The position numbers and the translations under genes were made by a program. A stretch of DNA of 64,000 bases, from the NCBI GenBank assembly GCA_049320885.1, contig JBMORA010000009.1, positions 224,001 to 288,000 on the forward strand, written 5' to 3'. This document shows, piece after piece, positions 39,838-49,349 of the stretch. The notes beneath the pieces are model-generated. The model made no database searches, had not been told where the DNA came from, and worked only from the letters and a program-made list of their open reading frames with translations. Source of the stretch: Thermodesulfobacteriota bacterium (GTDB lineage Bacteria > Desulfobacterota > Desulfobacteria > Desulfobacterales > SURF-7). Each line of letters opens with the position of its first letter. The stretch's first letter is position 1.

Positions 39838-41148
39838 ATGATTAAAAGCAAAAACCGAACCGGGTTGGTGTTTTTTCCCGCTTTTGACTGGGCCATTGAT
39901 CCCACCCACCCGGAACGGGAAGAACGGCTGCTCTACACCCAGGATCAGGTGTTTGAGGAAGGGATCCTGGATATTGACGGTATCATCGAATACAAGCCGG
40001 ACCTGGTGACGGTCCGGGATGTCCAGAGGGCCCATTTTTGCGTGCCGGATGTATGGTCCGTCACCACCGAGTCCCATTTTATCAGCGCCGGAGGCGCCAA
40101 AACCATCGGCATGGCCGTGATGGAAAAAAAAATCGAGCGTGGATTCGCGCTGGTACGTCCCCCGGGACATCACGCCATGCGGGTGGTCCACGGTTGCAGA
40201 GGGTTTTGCAATATCAACATCGAAGCCGTCATGATTGAATACCTGCGCAAGGCTTACGGTATCCGGAGGGTTGCCATTGTGGATACGGACTGTCACCACG
40301 GTGACGGTACCCAGGATATCTACTGGCATGATCCCGACGTCTTGTTCATCTCCCTGCATCAGGACGGCCGGACCCTGTATCCCGGATCCGGATTCGTGAA
40401 CGAACTCGGCGGCCCCAACGCGTTCGGCGCCACCATCAATATCCCGCTGCCCCCCTATACAGCGGAAGAAGGATTCCTGTACACCATTGAAAAGGTGGTC
40501 CTGCCGATTCTGGCGGAGTTCAAACCGGAGCTGATCGTCAACTCCGCGGGTCAGGACAACCATTACTCCGATCCCATCACCAACATGAATTTTTCCGCCC
40601 AGGGATATGCCCGCCTGACCGATCTCCTCAAGGCCGACATCGCTGTCCTGGAGGGCGGGTATGCCATCGAGGGAGCGCTGCCCTATGTGAATGCCGGCAT
40701 TATTCTGGCCATGGCCGGACTCGATTACAGTCATATCCATGAACCGGATTATGATCCGGACCGCATCCGCCAGGCCCGCAGCGTCACCCAGCAGATCAAG
40801 GAAACCGGCGACAAGGTTTTGAACTACTGGCGGGAGCGGGAGAGAATCCAGGAAAGAATGCGTCCGGATGGACCCTACAGCGAACGACCCCGCAGAATTT
40901 TTTACGATACGGACGGCATCGCTGAGTCACAGACGGAAAAGGTCCGGATCTGCAAGGATTGCGGCGGGGCCTTGCGCATTCATTCCCAAACGGATAGCGG
41001 CGCCAATATCCTGGCGATTCATATTCCCCTTTATGCCTGTCGCGCCTGCCGGGAGACCGGTTATCGCTGGTATGGGGAAGCCACCGGAAATGATTACCAG
41101 ATGGTGCATCTGCAAGACAGACCCAAGGATGAATATCTGATCAAATAG
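39838..41148 (+). CDS. Histone deacetylase-family amidohydrolase with C-terminal Cys4 extension
   Basis: HPE...RL, RPPGHHA, GFC, DCHHGDGTQ, SLHQ, SAGQD.H..DP, LEGGY; CKDC...CRAC. Confidence 0.9.
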   Translation: MIKSKNRTGLVFFPAFDWAIDPTHPEREERLLYTQDQVFEEGILDIDGIIEYKPDLVTVRDVQRAHFCVPDVWSVTTESHFISAGGAKTIGMAVMEKKIERGFALVRPPGHHAMRVVHGCRGFCNINIEAVMIEYLRKAYGIRRVAIVDTDCHHGDGTQDIYWHDPDVLFISLHQDGRTLYPGSGFVNELGGPNAFGATINIPLPPYTAEEGFLYTIEKVVLPILAEFKPELIVNSAGQDNHYSDPITNMNFSAQGYARLTDLLKADIAVLEGGYAIEGALPYVNAGIILAMAGLDYSHIHEPDYDPDRIRQARSVTQQIKETGDKVLNYWRERERIQERMRPDGPYSERPRRIFYDTDGIAESQTEKVRICKDCGGALRIHSQTDSGANILAIHIPLYACRACRETGYRWYGEATGNDYQMVHLQDRPKDEYLIK

Positions 41149-41184
41149 TCGGTAATAGCAACGGATAGAACCATATACACCTCC

Positions 41185-42081
41185 TTGACGCATAATCTGA
41201 CCCTGCGGGCGCGAATTCTTCAAGAGATCCGCCGTTTTTTTGTCAGCCGGGATTTTCTGGAGGTCGAAACCCCTTACCGAATACCGGCGCCGGCTCCCGA
41301 GGCGCATATTGCGGCCCCGCCTTCGGGAGACTGGTTCCTGCATACCTCGCCGGAGCTTTGCATGAAGAGGCTTCTGGCCCGGGGAATCCCGCGGCTTTTT
41401 CAGCTTTGCCGATGTTTCCGGCAGAACGAACGCGGTGAGCGGCATCTTCCGGAATTTACCCTGTTGGAATGGTATGCCGCCCATATGGACTATCACGGCA
41501 TGATGACGCAATGCGAGGAACTGATCCATGACATCAGCGTCCGGCTCGGTCTGGGCGGCCGCATCCGTTATCAGGGCCACGACATTGACCTGTCGCCGCC
41601 ATGGCCCCGGGTAACGGTTGCCGAGGCGTTTCGCCGGTTCACCGATGTTACACCGGAACGCGCGTTGTCCGAAGGATGTTTCGATGAACTCGTCGGCTGC
41701 CGCATCGAACCAGGACTGGGCCTGGAAAAACCGGTTTTTTTATGCGAATACCCGGTCTCCCAGGCGGCTCTTGCAAGGGTCTGCCCCGAAAACCCGGCGG
41801 TGGCCGAGCGTTTCGAGTTGTATATCGGCGGTTTGGAGCTTTGCAATGCATTCACCGAACTGACGGAGCCGCTGGAGCAACGCCGAAGATTTGAAATCCA
41901 GCTTCGTCAAATGCAGACCGAAGGCTGCCGGGTGTATCCCATGCCGGAAAAATTTCTGAAGGATTTATCCCATATGCCCCCGGCCGCCGGCAATGCCCTG
42001 GGCATCGACCGTCTCGTCATGCTGTTCGCGGATACGTCCCGGATCGATGATGTGGTGGCCTTTACCCCGGAAACATTATAA
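41185..42081 (+). CDS. epmA: EF-P lysine aminoacylase (GenX/PoxA)
   Basis: FLEVETP, LHTSPELCMKRLL, FRQNE.G.RH.PEFTLLEWY, AERFELY..G.EL.N.F.EL, ALGIDRL; no anticodon domain; TTG start. Confidence 0.9.
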   Translation: MTHNLTLRARILQEIRRFFVSRDFLEVETPYRIPAPAPEAHIAAPPSGDWFLHTSPELCMKRLLARGIPRLFQLCRCFRQNERGERHLPEFTLLEWYAAHMDYHGMMTQCEELIHDISVRLGLGGRIRYQGHDIDLSPPWPRVTVAEAFRRFTDVTPERALSEGCFDELVGCRIEPGLGLEKPVFLCEYPVSQAALARVCPENPAVAERFELYIGGLELCNAFTELTEPLEQRRRFEIQLRQMQTEGCRVYPMPEKFLKDLSHMPPAAGNALGIDRLVMLFADTSRIDDVVAFTPETL

Positions 42082-42106
42082 ACCGATTCATACGGAAAGG
42101 ATGGCC

Positions 42107-42898
42107 ATGGACCGGAAAACCCGTTTCATTGACCTGAGCATATCCATCGAGGCGGATCTTCCCAGCGATCCGCCCATGATGATTCCCAAAATCGATTATC
42201 TGGATCATGAATCCGGAGCGGAACAGATGCAGCTGTTTTTCCCGGGTGTTAGAAAAGATCAATTGCCTGGAGGATTGGGCTGGGCCGTGGAATTCGTGGC
42301 CCTGACCACCCATTCGGGGACGCATCTGGATGCGCCGCATCATTATCACCCCACCATGGACAAAGGCAAACCGGCGCTCACCATTGACCAGATTCCCCTG
42401 GAATGGTGTTTCAGCGACGGAGTGGTGCTGGATTTTTCCGCCAAGGCGGACGGCGACAGGATTACGGCCGCTGATGTGGAAACCGAATTATCCCGCATCG
42501 ATTATCGGCTGAAGCCGCTGGATATCGTTCTTATCCGAACGGGTGCGGACAAGGTCTGGGGAAAGGCGGAGTATCTGACCAAGGGCGCCGGCATGACCCG
42601 CGAGTCGACGCTTTTTTTGTTGAACCATGGGGTGAAGGTGGTGGGAACGGATGCCTGGTCCTGGGATCGTCCGCTGCCCTTCCTGTCCCAGGAATTCCAG
42701 GCAACCGGCGATCCCGCGGTGATCTGGGAGGCGCATTTCGCCGGCATTGAAAAAGGGTATTGCCATATGGAAAAAATGGCGAACCTGGACAAAATTCCGC
42801 GGCCGCATGGATTCAAGGTGTCCTGTTTCCCGGTGCGCATTAAATCGGCCTCGGCCGCATGGGTGCGGGCCGTGGCCATGGTGGCGGAGGAACTGTAA
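42107..42898 (+). CDS. Cyclase family (kynurenine formamidase-like) metal hydrolase
   Basis: IDLS, THSGTHLDAP.H, DIVLIRTG, VGTDA, HMEKMANLD. Confidence 0.88.
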   Translation: MDRKTRFIDLSISIEADLPSDPPMMIPKIDYLDHESGAEQMQLFFPGVRKDQLPGGLGWAVEFVALTTHSGTHLDAPHHYHPTMDKGKPALTIDQIPLEWCFSDGVVLDFSAKADGDRITAADVETELSRIDYRLKPLDIVLIRTGADKVWGKAEYLTKGAGMTRESTLFLLNHGVKVVGTDAWSWDRPLPFLSQEFQATGDPAVIWEAHFAGIEKGYCHMEKMANLDKIPRPHGFKVSCFPVRIKSASAAWVRAVAMVAEEL

Positions 42899-43034
42899 CA
42901 AGATCACCACAAGCTGTTTGCATTTTCCCGGGAAACATACTATGGCCTTCATGTAGTCCGATGGTGATGTTTTCAGGCCGGTCCCCGCGCCGCAAAACCA
43001 ATTAACCCACTGTTTGTCTGGAAGGAGTCCGATG

Positions 43035-44084
43035 ATGAAACCGAATCCGGTCGCTTTGGTAGCAGCGATAATGGTGTGCTTTTCCCTCTGTCCGGAGGGC
43101 CTTGCCAAGGAAAACGCGAAGACGGTCATCAAGATCGCCACCCTGGCTCCCAAAGGCTCCATGTCGGCCAACATGTTGGATGAACTAAACACCAGGATCA
43201 TGGAGCAGACCAATCGGGAGGTGGCTTTTAAAATTTACTACGGAGGCGTGCAGGGGGATGCGCAGGATGTGTTGCGAAAAATCAAGTTCAAGCAGTTGCA
43301 TGGGGCCATGCTGGCTTCCTACGGGTTGGGGCAGATCGCTTCGGACATCCGCGTGACGGGCCTGCCGTATATATTCAGAAATTACCAGGAAGTCCGGTAT
43401 GTGCGGGAGAAATTGAAGGATCACATGGACAATTCGATGAAAGCCAACGGTTTTGTGGCCCTCGGATGGTATGACATCGGCTTTGTCTACAGTTTTTCCA
43501 AAGTGCCGATCACTTCCGTGGAAGTCGCCCGCCAGCAGAAATTCTGGGCCCCGGAAGGCGATCCCTTGGCGCAAAAGGTTTACGAGGTCATCGGGATCAC
43601 GCCGGTCTCCCTCTCCATTACGGATGTGATGACATCGCTTTCAACGCGCCTGATCGATGCCGCCAGCGCACCGCCGCTGGCGGCGGTGGCTTTCCGCTGG
43701 TACACGAAATTCAAGTACATGACGGAATATCCTTCCACCAACGTACTGGGCGCCCTGGTGGTCGACAAGGAAATTTTCAATAAAATTTCCCCGGAAAGTC
43801 AGGAGAAAATGCTGGCGCTCAGCCAGGAATATTGCCTGAAAATCCAGGAAGGACACCAGAAGGAAAACGAAAAAAGCATTCAGCTGTTAAAAAAATCAGG
43901 TATCTCCATCGTCAGAAATCAGGATGACGCGGGCTATCAGAAATTCATCGACGATACGGCCAACCGGACAATGGAAGCCTTGACGGGGCAATTGTTCTCA
44001 AAAGAACTTCTCGATCGCATGCTTGCTTATCTGAAGGAATATCGCGACCTGCACCCGGAAAGCGCCGTGGAGAAGATCGAATAA
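43035..44084 (+). CDS. TRAP transporter substrate-binding protein (DctP family), copy 1
   Basis: Signal peptide; IKIATLAPKGS, YYGGVQGD..DVLRKI, LPYIF. Confidence 0.85.
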   Translation: MKPNPVALVAAIMVCFSLCPEGLAKENAKTVIKIATLAPKGSMSANMLDELNTRIMEQTNREVAFKIYYGGVQGDAQDVLRKIKFKQLHGAMLASYGLGQIASDIRVTGLPYIFRNYQEVRYVREKLKDHMDNSMKANGFVALGWYDIGFVYSFSKVPITSVEVARQQKFWAPEGDPLAQKVYEVIGITPVSLSITDVMTSLSTRLIDAASAPPLAAVAFRWYTKFKYMTEYPSTNVLGALVVDKEIFNKISPESQEKMLALSQEYCLKIQEGHQKENEKSIQLLKKSGISIVRNQDDAGYQKFIDDTANRTMEALTGQLFSKELLDRMLAYLKEYRDLHPESAVEKIE

Positions 44085-44099
44085 CCAAGAGGTATGACC

Positions 44100-45143
44100 A
44101 TGAAACGCATAAGCCTGATCGTTTTGCTCGTCTTTTTGTGCCTGGCCGCTGTCCAGCGGCCGGCCTTTGCGGCGGAAGAAGGCGGCGTGACCATCAAACT
44201 CGCCACCCTGCTGCCCAAAGACTCCGGGGGCGTCTTTGAAAAATTCCGCAAGGAGGTCGCCCATCGAACGGGCAACCAGGTTCGTATTAAAATCTATTAC
44301 GGCGGGGTCCAGGGGGATGAATTCGATGTTTTGCGCAAAATCCAGTACAAGCAGCTCCATGGGGGCTCTTTCACCGGCCATGGCCTGGGCAGGATCGTTC
44401 CGGCGGTGAGAATCACGGAACTCCCCTATCTGTTTAAAAACTACGGCGAGCTGTCATACGTGCGCTCCCAGCTGGAAGAAACCATGAACAGCCTTTTTTT
44501 TCAGGAAGGATACGTGGTGCTGGGCTGGTATGAGACCGGTTTCGCGTATGTTTTTTCCAAAGTCCCGATTACAAGCGTCGAAGTGGCCCGGGAACAGAAA
44601 TGGTGGATGTGGGAGGGCGATCCCATGCAGCAGGCGACGTTCGACGCTATGGGCATCAGCCCGGTGTCCCTCTCCCTGACGGATGTGATGACCTCGCTGT
44701 CCACGCGGCTGATTGACGCCGCTGCCACGACCCCTTTCGGGGCCGTCGCCTTCCGCTGGTACACGCGCTTCAAGTTCATGGGGGAGTACCCCATCGCCAA
44801 CGGAATCGTCGCGGTGGTCGTCACCCGCGAGGTCTGGGATAAAATTTCGGCGGACAACCGGCAGAAGATTCAGGAATTCTCAAAAGAATTGTTTGCCGGA
44901 ATGGTGAAAGAGCGCAGGGCGTCAAACGATCAAAGCATTGAGGTTCTGAAGAAGGCGGGGATTTCCGTCGTCCCCTTCGATACGCAGAGCGAGGCGATGC
45001 AATTCGTCCTTTCAGCCGCCGAAAAGGCCAGGGAGAATATGGTCGGCCAGCTGTATACCCGGGAATTGCTGGATCGAACGGAATCGCTATTAGAGGAATA
45101 TCGGGGCAGGAATCCCGGGAGCGATGTGGTGAAGATCCATTAG
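44100..45143 (+). CDS. TRAP transporter substrate-binding protein (DctP family), copy 2
   Basis: Signal peptide; IKLATLLPKDS, YYGGVQGDE.DVLRKI; clear paralogue of copy 1. Confidence 0.85.
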   Translation: MKRISLIVLLVFLCLAAVQRPAFAAEEGGVTIKLATLLPKDSGGVFEKFRKEVAHRTGNQVRIKIYYGGVQGDEFDVLRKIQYKQLHGGSFTGHGLGRIVPAVRITELPYLFKNYGELSYVRSQLEETMNSLFFQEGYVVLGWYETGFAYVFSKVPITSVEVAREQKWWMWEGDPMQQATFDAMGISPVSLSLTDVMTSLSTRLIDAAATTPFGAVAFRWYTRFKFMGEYPIANGIVAVVVTREVWDKISADNRQKIQEFSKELFAGMVKERRASNDQSIEVLKKAGISVVPFDTQSEAMQFVLSAAEKARENMVGQLYTRELLDRTESLLEEYRGRNPGSDVVKIH

Positions 45144-45202
45144 GAATGAAAGACGGGCGTCTGAAGCCACCGTTGGGATTTGTTTTTCGTCTGAGGATGA
45201 CA

Positions 45203-47428
45203 ATGAAAGCGTTTTTTTCAACAACCAGCCATGGGCCGACCGGGCGAAGAGCGGTCTGGTTTTTGGTTTTCGCCGCTCTGATCGGATGCAGTGGAAGCGA
45301 TTCCGCGCCGGAGTCCGTCTCCTTCGAAAAACCGGCCGAGGTCGATAATTCAGGTTTTTACGGCAAATACAAGGTCGATCTGGAGATCGGAGCCGGCACG
45401 GAGGAGACGTTTATTGCGACCATCGGCGGCGATCCGAATTTCAAGGGCCAGGATGGTTATTTTTATATTCCCGCAGCGGAGAGCAGCGCAGCCTATACCG
45501 TAAAAGATCGGGAGGTGGCTGTCAACGTCGATGGGAACACCGTGGCGATCGAACAATCGGGAACCGGGTGGACCTACGATCTCGTGCTTGAATATTCCGC
45601 GGCAACCGGCGGGATCGTCATCAGTGGAAATGCCGATGCGGATGACCCGTTGGAGCCCAGGGGTACGATTTCCGGCAGCGCCGTGAAGGTCGAGGAAACC
45701 GCGGATTGGATCGATGGGGATTATGTCAATACACTGGGAATGACCTACATGAAAATTCCCGCCGGCGAATTCACCATGGGGAGTCCGACCGGGGAAGGGG
45801 GACGCTATGTCAATGAAACCCAGCATCCGGTTCGCCTGACGAGAAATTTTTACCTGCAGACCACCGAGGTGACCCAGGAGCAGTGGCGAACCGTGATGGG
45901 ATACAGCGCCGCCGGGTTTGCGGGCTGCGGCGTTGACTGTCCGGTGGAGAGCGTTTCCTGGAATGACGCCCGGGAATTCATCGCTCAGCTCGGCACCCGC
46001 GAAGGCCGACGTTATCGGCTGCCGACGGAAGCGGAATGGGAATACGCCGCCAGGGCCAACGGTACGGAAGCTTTTCCCAACGGCGATATCTCCCATATCG
46101 GCACGGGCCGTGATCCCCGGCTGAACGTGATCGGATGGTATGCCTATAATTCGAACCGCATGACCCGGCCGGTGGGAATGAAAATGCCCAACGCCTGGGG
46201 TCTTTATGACATGCATGGAAATGTGCAGGAGTGGTGTGAGGACTGGCAGGATGAGTATCCGAACAGTTCGGCCCTCAATCCCATAGGCCCCTCGTCAGGG
46301 GTGTTGCGGATTTTGCGCGGCGGCGCCTGGAACAGTCGCAGCGCCTTCTGCCGGTCGGCCTATCGCTCCGCCGCCGAGCCGAGTGAACGCAGCGACGGCA
46401 ACGGATTTCGAACGATTGTGATGTTTCCGCCTGCGGCGACCATCATAAACCCGGTAAGTGGATCGGAACATAGGTATCGGGGATCGGTTTCATTCCAGGC
46501 CAGTGCCGAGGATGCGGAGGACGGGAAGCTGTCTGGTCAAAAGCTGGTATGGCAATCCGACATGGATGGCCGAATCGGGACGGGCTCGTTCTTCCAGACC
46601 GCGGCGTTGTCGAAAGGCGTTCATACCATCACGCTGACGGTCTCCGACAGCGATGGGCAAAAAACCGTCGACACGACAACCATCACGATTTCCAGTCATC
46701 AGGATACCGTCACCAACGAATTCGGCATGGCATTCATCCTGGTGTCCCCGGGCTCATTCATGATGGGCAGTCCCCCTGATGAACCGGGGCGGAAATCGGA
46801 CGAAATCAGTCACCAGGTGACTTTGACGAAGGATTATTATTTGCAGAAAACCGAAGTGACCCAGGGCCAGTGGCGGATGGTGATGGGCGCCAATCCTTCC
46901 CGGTTCTATCGATGTGGCGACGACTGCCCGGTGGAGAGCGTTTCCTGGGACGATGCCCAGGCGTTCATCGCCGCTCTCAATGGGATGACGACAGACGGCT
47001 CTGTCTACCGTCTGCCCAGCGAAGCGGAGTGGGAATATGCAGCCAGATCCGCAAGCGTCACGGCATTTGCGAACGGAAACATCACCCACATTGGATCGGG
47101 CTTCGATCAAAATCTCGATCTCATGGGGTGGTACATCTATAATTCGCAGGGGCAAATTCATCCAGTGGGTCTCAAACAGGCCAATGAATGGGGTTTTCAG
47201 GATATGCACGGCAATGTGATGGAATGGTGCCAGGACTGGATGGGTAAATATTCACCCTACTCCATAACGGATCCCGCTGGACCTTCGGCTGGCACCTTGC
47301 GTGTCATGCGCGGTGGAAATATGACGAGTGATGCATCGAACTGCCGCTCCGCCACCCGCCTATCCGCCAAACCGGAAAGACGCAGCGATACAACTGGACT
47401 TAGGCTGGTTCTTGTTCCGGCAGAATGA
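45203..47428 (+). CDS. Lipoprotein with two FGE-sulfatase (SUMF1/C-type-lectin fold) domains separated by a PKD/Ig-like domain
   Basis: Lipobox-like AALIGC; two copies of F.MGSP...TEVTQ.QW...PVESVSW.DA...RLP.EAEWEYAAR...DMHGNV.EWC.D..RGG; linker SAEDAEDG.LSG..LVW.SD.DG...G.HTITLTVSDSDG. Confidence 0.88.
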   Translation: MKAFFSTTSHGPTGRRAVWFLVFAALIGCSGSDSAPESVSFEKPAEVDNSGFYGKYKVDLEIGAGTEETFIATIGGDPNFKGQDGYFYIPAAESSAAYTVKDREVAVNVDGNTVAIEQSGTGWTYDLVLEYSAATGGIVISGNADADDPLEPRGTISGSAVKVEETADWIDGDYVNTLGMTYMKIPAGEFTMGSPTGEGGRYVNETQHPVRLTRNFYLQTTEVTQEQWRTVMGYSAAGFAGCGVDCPVESVSWNDAREFIAQLGTREGRRYRLPTEAEWEYAARANGTEAFPNGDISHIGTGRDPRLNVIGWYAYNSNRMTRPVGMKMPNAWGLYDMHGNVQEWCEDWQDEYPNSSALNPIGPSSGVLRILRGGAWNSRSAFCRSAYRSAAEPSERSDGNGFRTIVMFPPAATIINPVSGSEHRYRGSVSFQASAEDAEDGKLSGQKLVWQSDMDGRIGTGSFFQTAALSKGVHTITLTVSDSDGQKTVDTTTITISSHQDTVTNEFGMAFILVSPGSFMMGSPPDEPGRKSDEISHQVTLTKDYYLQKTEVTQGQWRMVMGANPSRFYRCGDDCPVESVSWDDAQAFIAALNGMTTDGSVYRLPSEAEWEYAARSASVTAFANGNITHIGSGFDQNLDLMGWYIYNSQGQIHPVGLKQANEWGFQDMHGNVMEWCQDWMGKYSPYSITDPAGPSAGTLRVMRGGNMTSDASNCRSATRLSAKPERRSDTTGLRLVLVPAE

Positions 47429-47522
47429 GTACGCCTGTGTTTACGGCGGGAGTATGACGGGCAATCGGATGGATTGGTAAACGGAAATTCTCATATCAAT
47501 CGACTCGGAAGGGAGTAGCAGG

Positions 47523-48869
47523 ATGAAACAAGATTGGACCAGCGTATTGCGCGCCATGAACCGGCAATTTATGCAGGCCGTCTGGCAAAAGGCCAAAAAC
47601 CGCCGGTTGGACGAACTGGATGAAAGCGAAAAGCAGATCGCCATGATCATGCTGGATCACGCCGCGGAATTCCGCAGCCGGTTCGAACAGGCCGCGGCGG
47701 TCGAAGGAAAGACCGTCGACGAGGAGGAAATCAATCCATTCATGCATATCTGCCTCCATGCCGTGGTGGAAAATCAGCTGGCGGAAAGGGAGCCTCCCGA
47801 GGTCTATCACTTCTACCAGGCGATGATCAAAAAAAAGTGCGGCCGTCATGACGCGCTGCACTTGATCGCCAATATTCTTTTCCCCATGGTGTTCCGGGTG
47901 CTTCGATCCGGCAAGGAATTTGACCTGGAAACGTATTGCGCCATCCTCAACAAAATGAAAAATCGGAAACCGGAAAAAATTCCGGAGCTGGTGGAGGAGG
48001 AGCTTTACGAGACGGGGTATTTCGACGATCTGGAACTGGAGTTCGAAACAGTGGAAAGCAGTGTGGCCGCCAAGGAACTGGATGGCTTGATCGATGATAT
48101 TTCCTCCGGAGGAACACCGAAAATATTGCGCAGCAAAAACGGGGGCCGGGCGGTATTGTTTTCCCTGGAGGAATTCGAACTTTTTCTGGAAGAAAAGGAC
48201 GAGCATGCCGATGGGGATGAGGAGCCCGATGCGGAAAATCGGGCGACCGCATCCCCGCAGGCGCCTCCCGATTTGGACCGGAATTTTGCCAGGGTCTACC
48301 GGTTCCGCATCACCCTGGAAGAAACGGAGCCGCGCATCTGGCGTCTGATCGAGGTTCCGGAGAACTACACCTTCTGGGATCTGCATGTGGCCATTCAGGA
48401 CGCCATGGGGTGGCAGGACAACCATCTCCACCGGTTTGAAATCCATCACCCGAAAACCGGCCAGCTGCTGGAAATCGGCATTCCCGGCATGGATGAGACG
48501 GAAGAGACCACCGCCGCCGGATGGCGGTATCCGATCAGCGAGCTGTTTTCCCTGAAACACCCGGCGGCGGAATATCTCTACGACTTCGGTGACGACTGGC
48601 GGCACAGCGTGGTCCTGGAAGAAATTCTCGAGCGCCGCAAATCCCAGAAATATCCCCGCTGCCTGGAGGGCCAGGGCGCCTGCCCGCCGGAAGACTGCGG
48701 CGGGATTCCCGGATTTTACGATCTACTTGCGGTGCTTCAGGATAAGGAGCATCCGGAATACGATGAAATTCTGGAATGGGTCGGCCGAAAATACGATCCG
48801 GCGGTTTTCGATCCCCGGAAGGTCGTTTTCTGGGATCCCCGGAAACGATGGCGGATGGCGTTTGATTGA
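47523..48869 (+). CDS. Fusion of DUF1841-like domain, Phd/YefM-like segment and plasmid pRiA4b ORF-3 family domain
   Basis: NPFMHICLH.VVENQL...RHDALH; IWRLIEVP...TF.DLH.AIQ.AMGW...HLH.F; YLYDFGDDWRH; ACPPEDCGG..G. Confidence 0.8.
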   Translation: MKQDWTSVLRAMNRQFMQAVWQKAKNRRLDELDESEKQIAMIMLDHAAEFRSRFEQAAAVEGKTVDEEEINPFMHICLHAVVENQLAEREPPEVYHFYQAMIKKKCGRHDALHLIANILFPMVFRVLRSGKEFDLETYCAILNKMKNRKPEKIPELVEEELYETGYFDDLELEFETVESSVAAKELDGLIDDISSGGTPKILRSKNGGRAVLFSLEEFELFLEEKDEHADGDEEPDAENRATASPQAPPDLDRNFARVYRFRITLEETEPRIWRLIEVPENYTFWDLHVAIQDAMGWQDNHLHRFEIHHPKTGQLLEIGIPGMDETEETTAAGWRYPISELFSLKHPAAEYLYDFGDDWRHSVVLEEILERRKSQKYPRCLEGQGACPPEDCGGIPGFYDLLAVLQDKEHPEYDEILEWVGRKYDPAVFDPRKVVFWDPRKRWRMAFD

Positions 48870-48929
48870 CCTTGCAAAATGTTTCCCGGGCACAGATAAT
48901 CGGCGGGGAGATCCGGAAGGCGAGGGGTG

Positions 48930-49325
48930 ATGGAAGATCATATCCGGTCCTCAAAAAGAAGTGGGAGCATCGAATTTTTCATTGTTCAACGGGAGCCGGA
49001 TTGTGTCATCAGCCGGATGCCGGTCGCAGCCGGGATGCTCAACCCCTATGGCATCGTCCAGGCCGGCGCCATGGTCTGGCTGGCTGATGTCACCGCGTCG
49101 GTGTTGATCCTGGAAAATCAGCCCATGGAAGAAAAAGGCAAGGGGTTTCCCCTGGCGGTGGATCTGCACACCTCCCTGGTGGGGAACCAGCGTGAGGGCG
49201 AAATCAAAGCCGAAGCCCGGTTTGTGAAAAAAGGCCGGAAAGTGAGCGTGATCCGGACGCGCCTCACCGGCGACGGTGACCGTCTGCTGGCGGAAATCAC
49301 CAGCACCCACGTGGCGGCCGGATAA
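48930..49325 (+). CDS. PaaI family thioesterase (hot-dog fold)
   Basis: MLNPYGIVQAGAMVWLAD; AEARFVKKGRKVSV. Confidence 0.85.
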   Translation: MEDHIRSSKRSGSIEFFIVQREPDCVISRMPVAAGMLNPYGIVQAGAMVWLADVTASVLILENQPMEEKGKGFPLAVDLHTSLVGNQREGEIKAEARFVKKGRKVSVIRTRLTGDGDRLLAEITSTHVAAG

Positions 49326-49349
49326 TTTTTCGGCGCCGACGATCTCCCC

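Noticed and set aside
42924..42935. TTTCCCGGGAAA palindrome upstream of dctP as an operator
   Set aside because: CCGG-centred palindromes are frequent throughout this window, including in coding DNA, so it is not distinctive.
45203..47522. Diversity-generating retroelement around the FGE-domain gene
   Set aside because: No reverse transcriptase, Avd or template repeat in the window; the two VR-like ends differ at all base types and at synonymous positions, not only at adenines.
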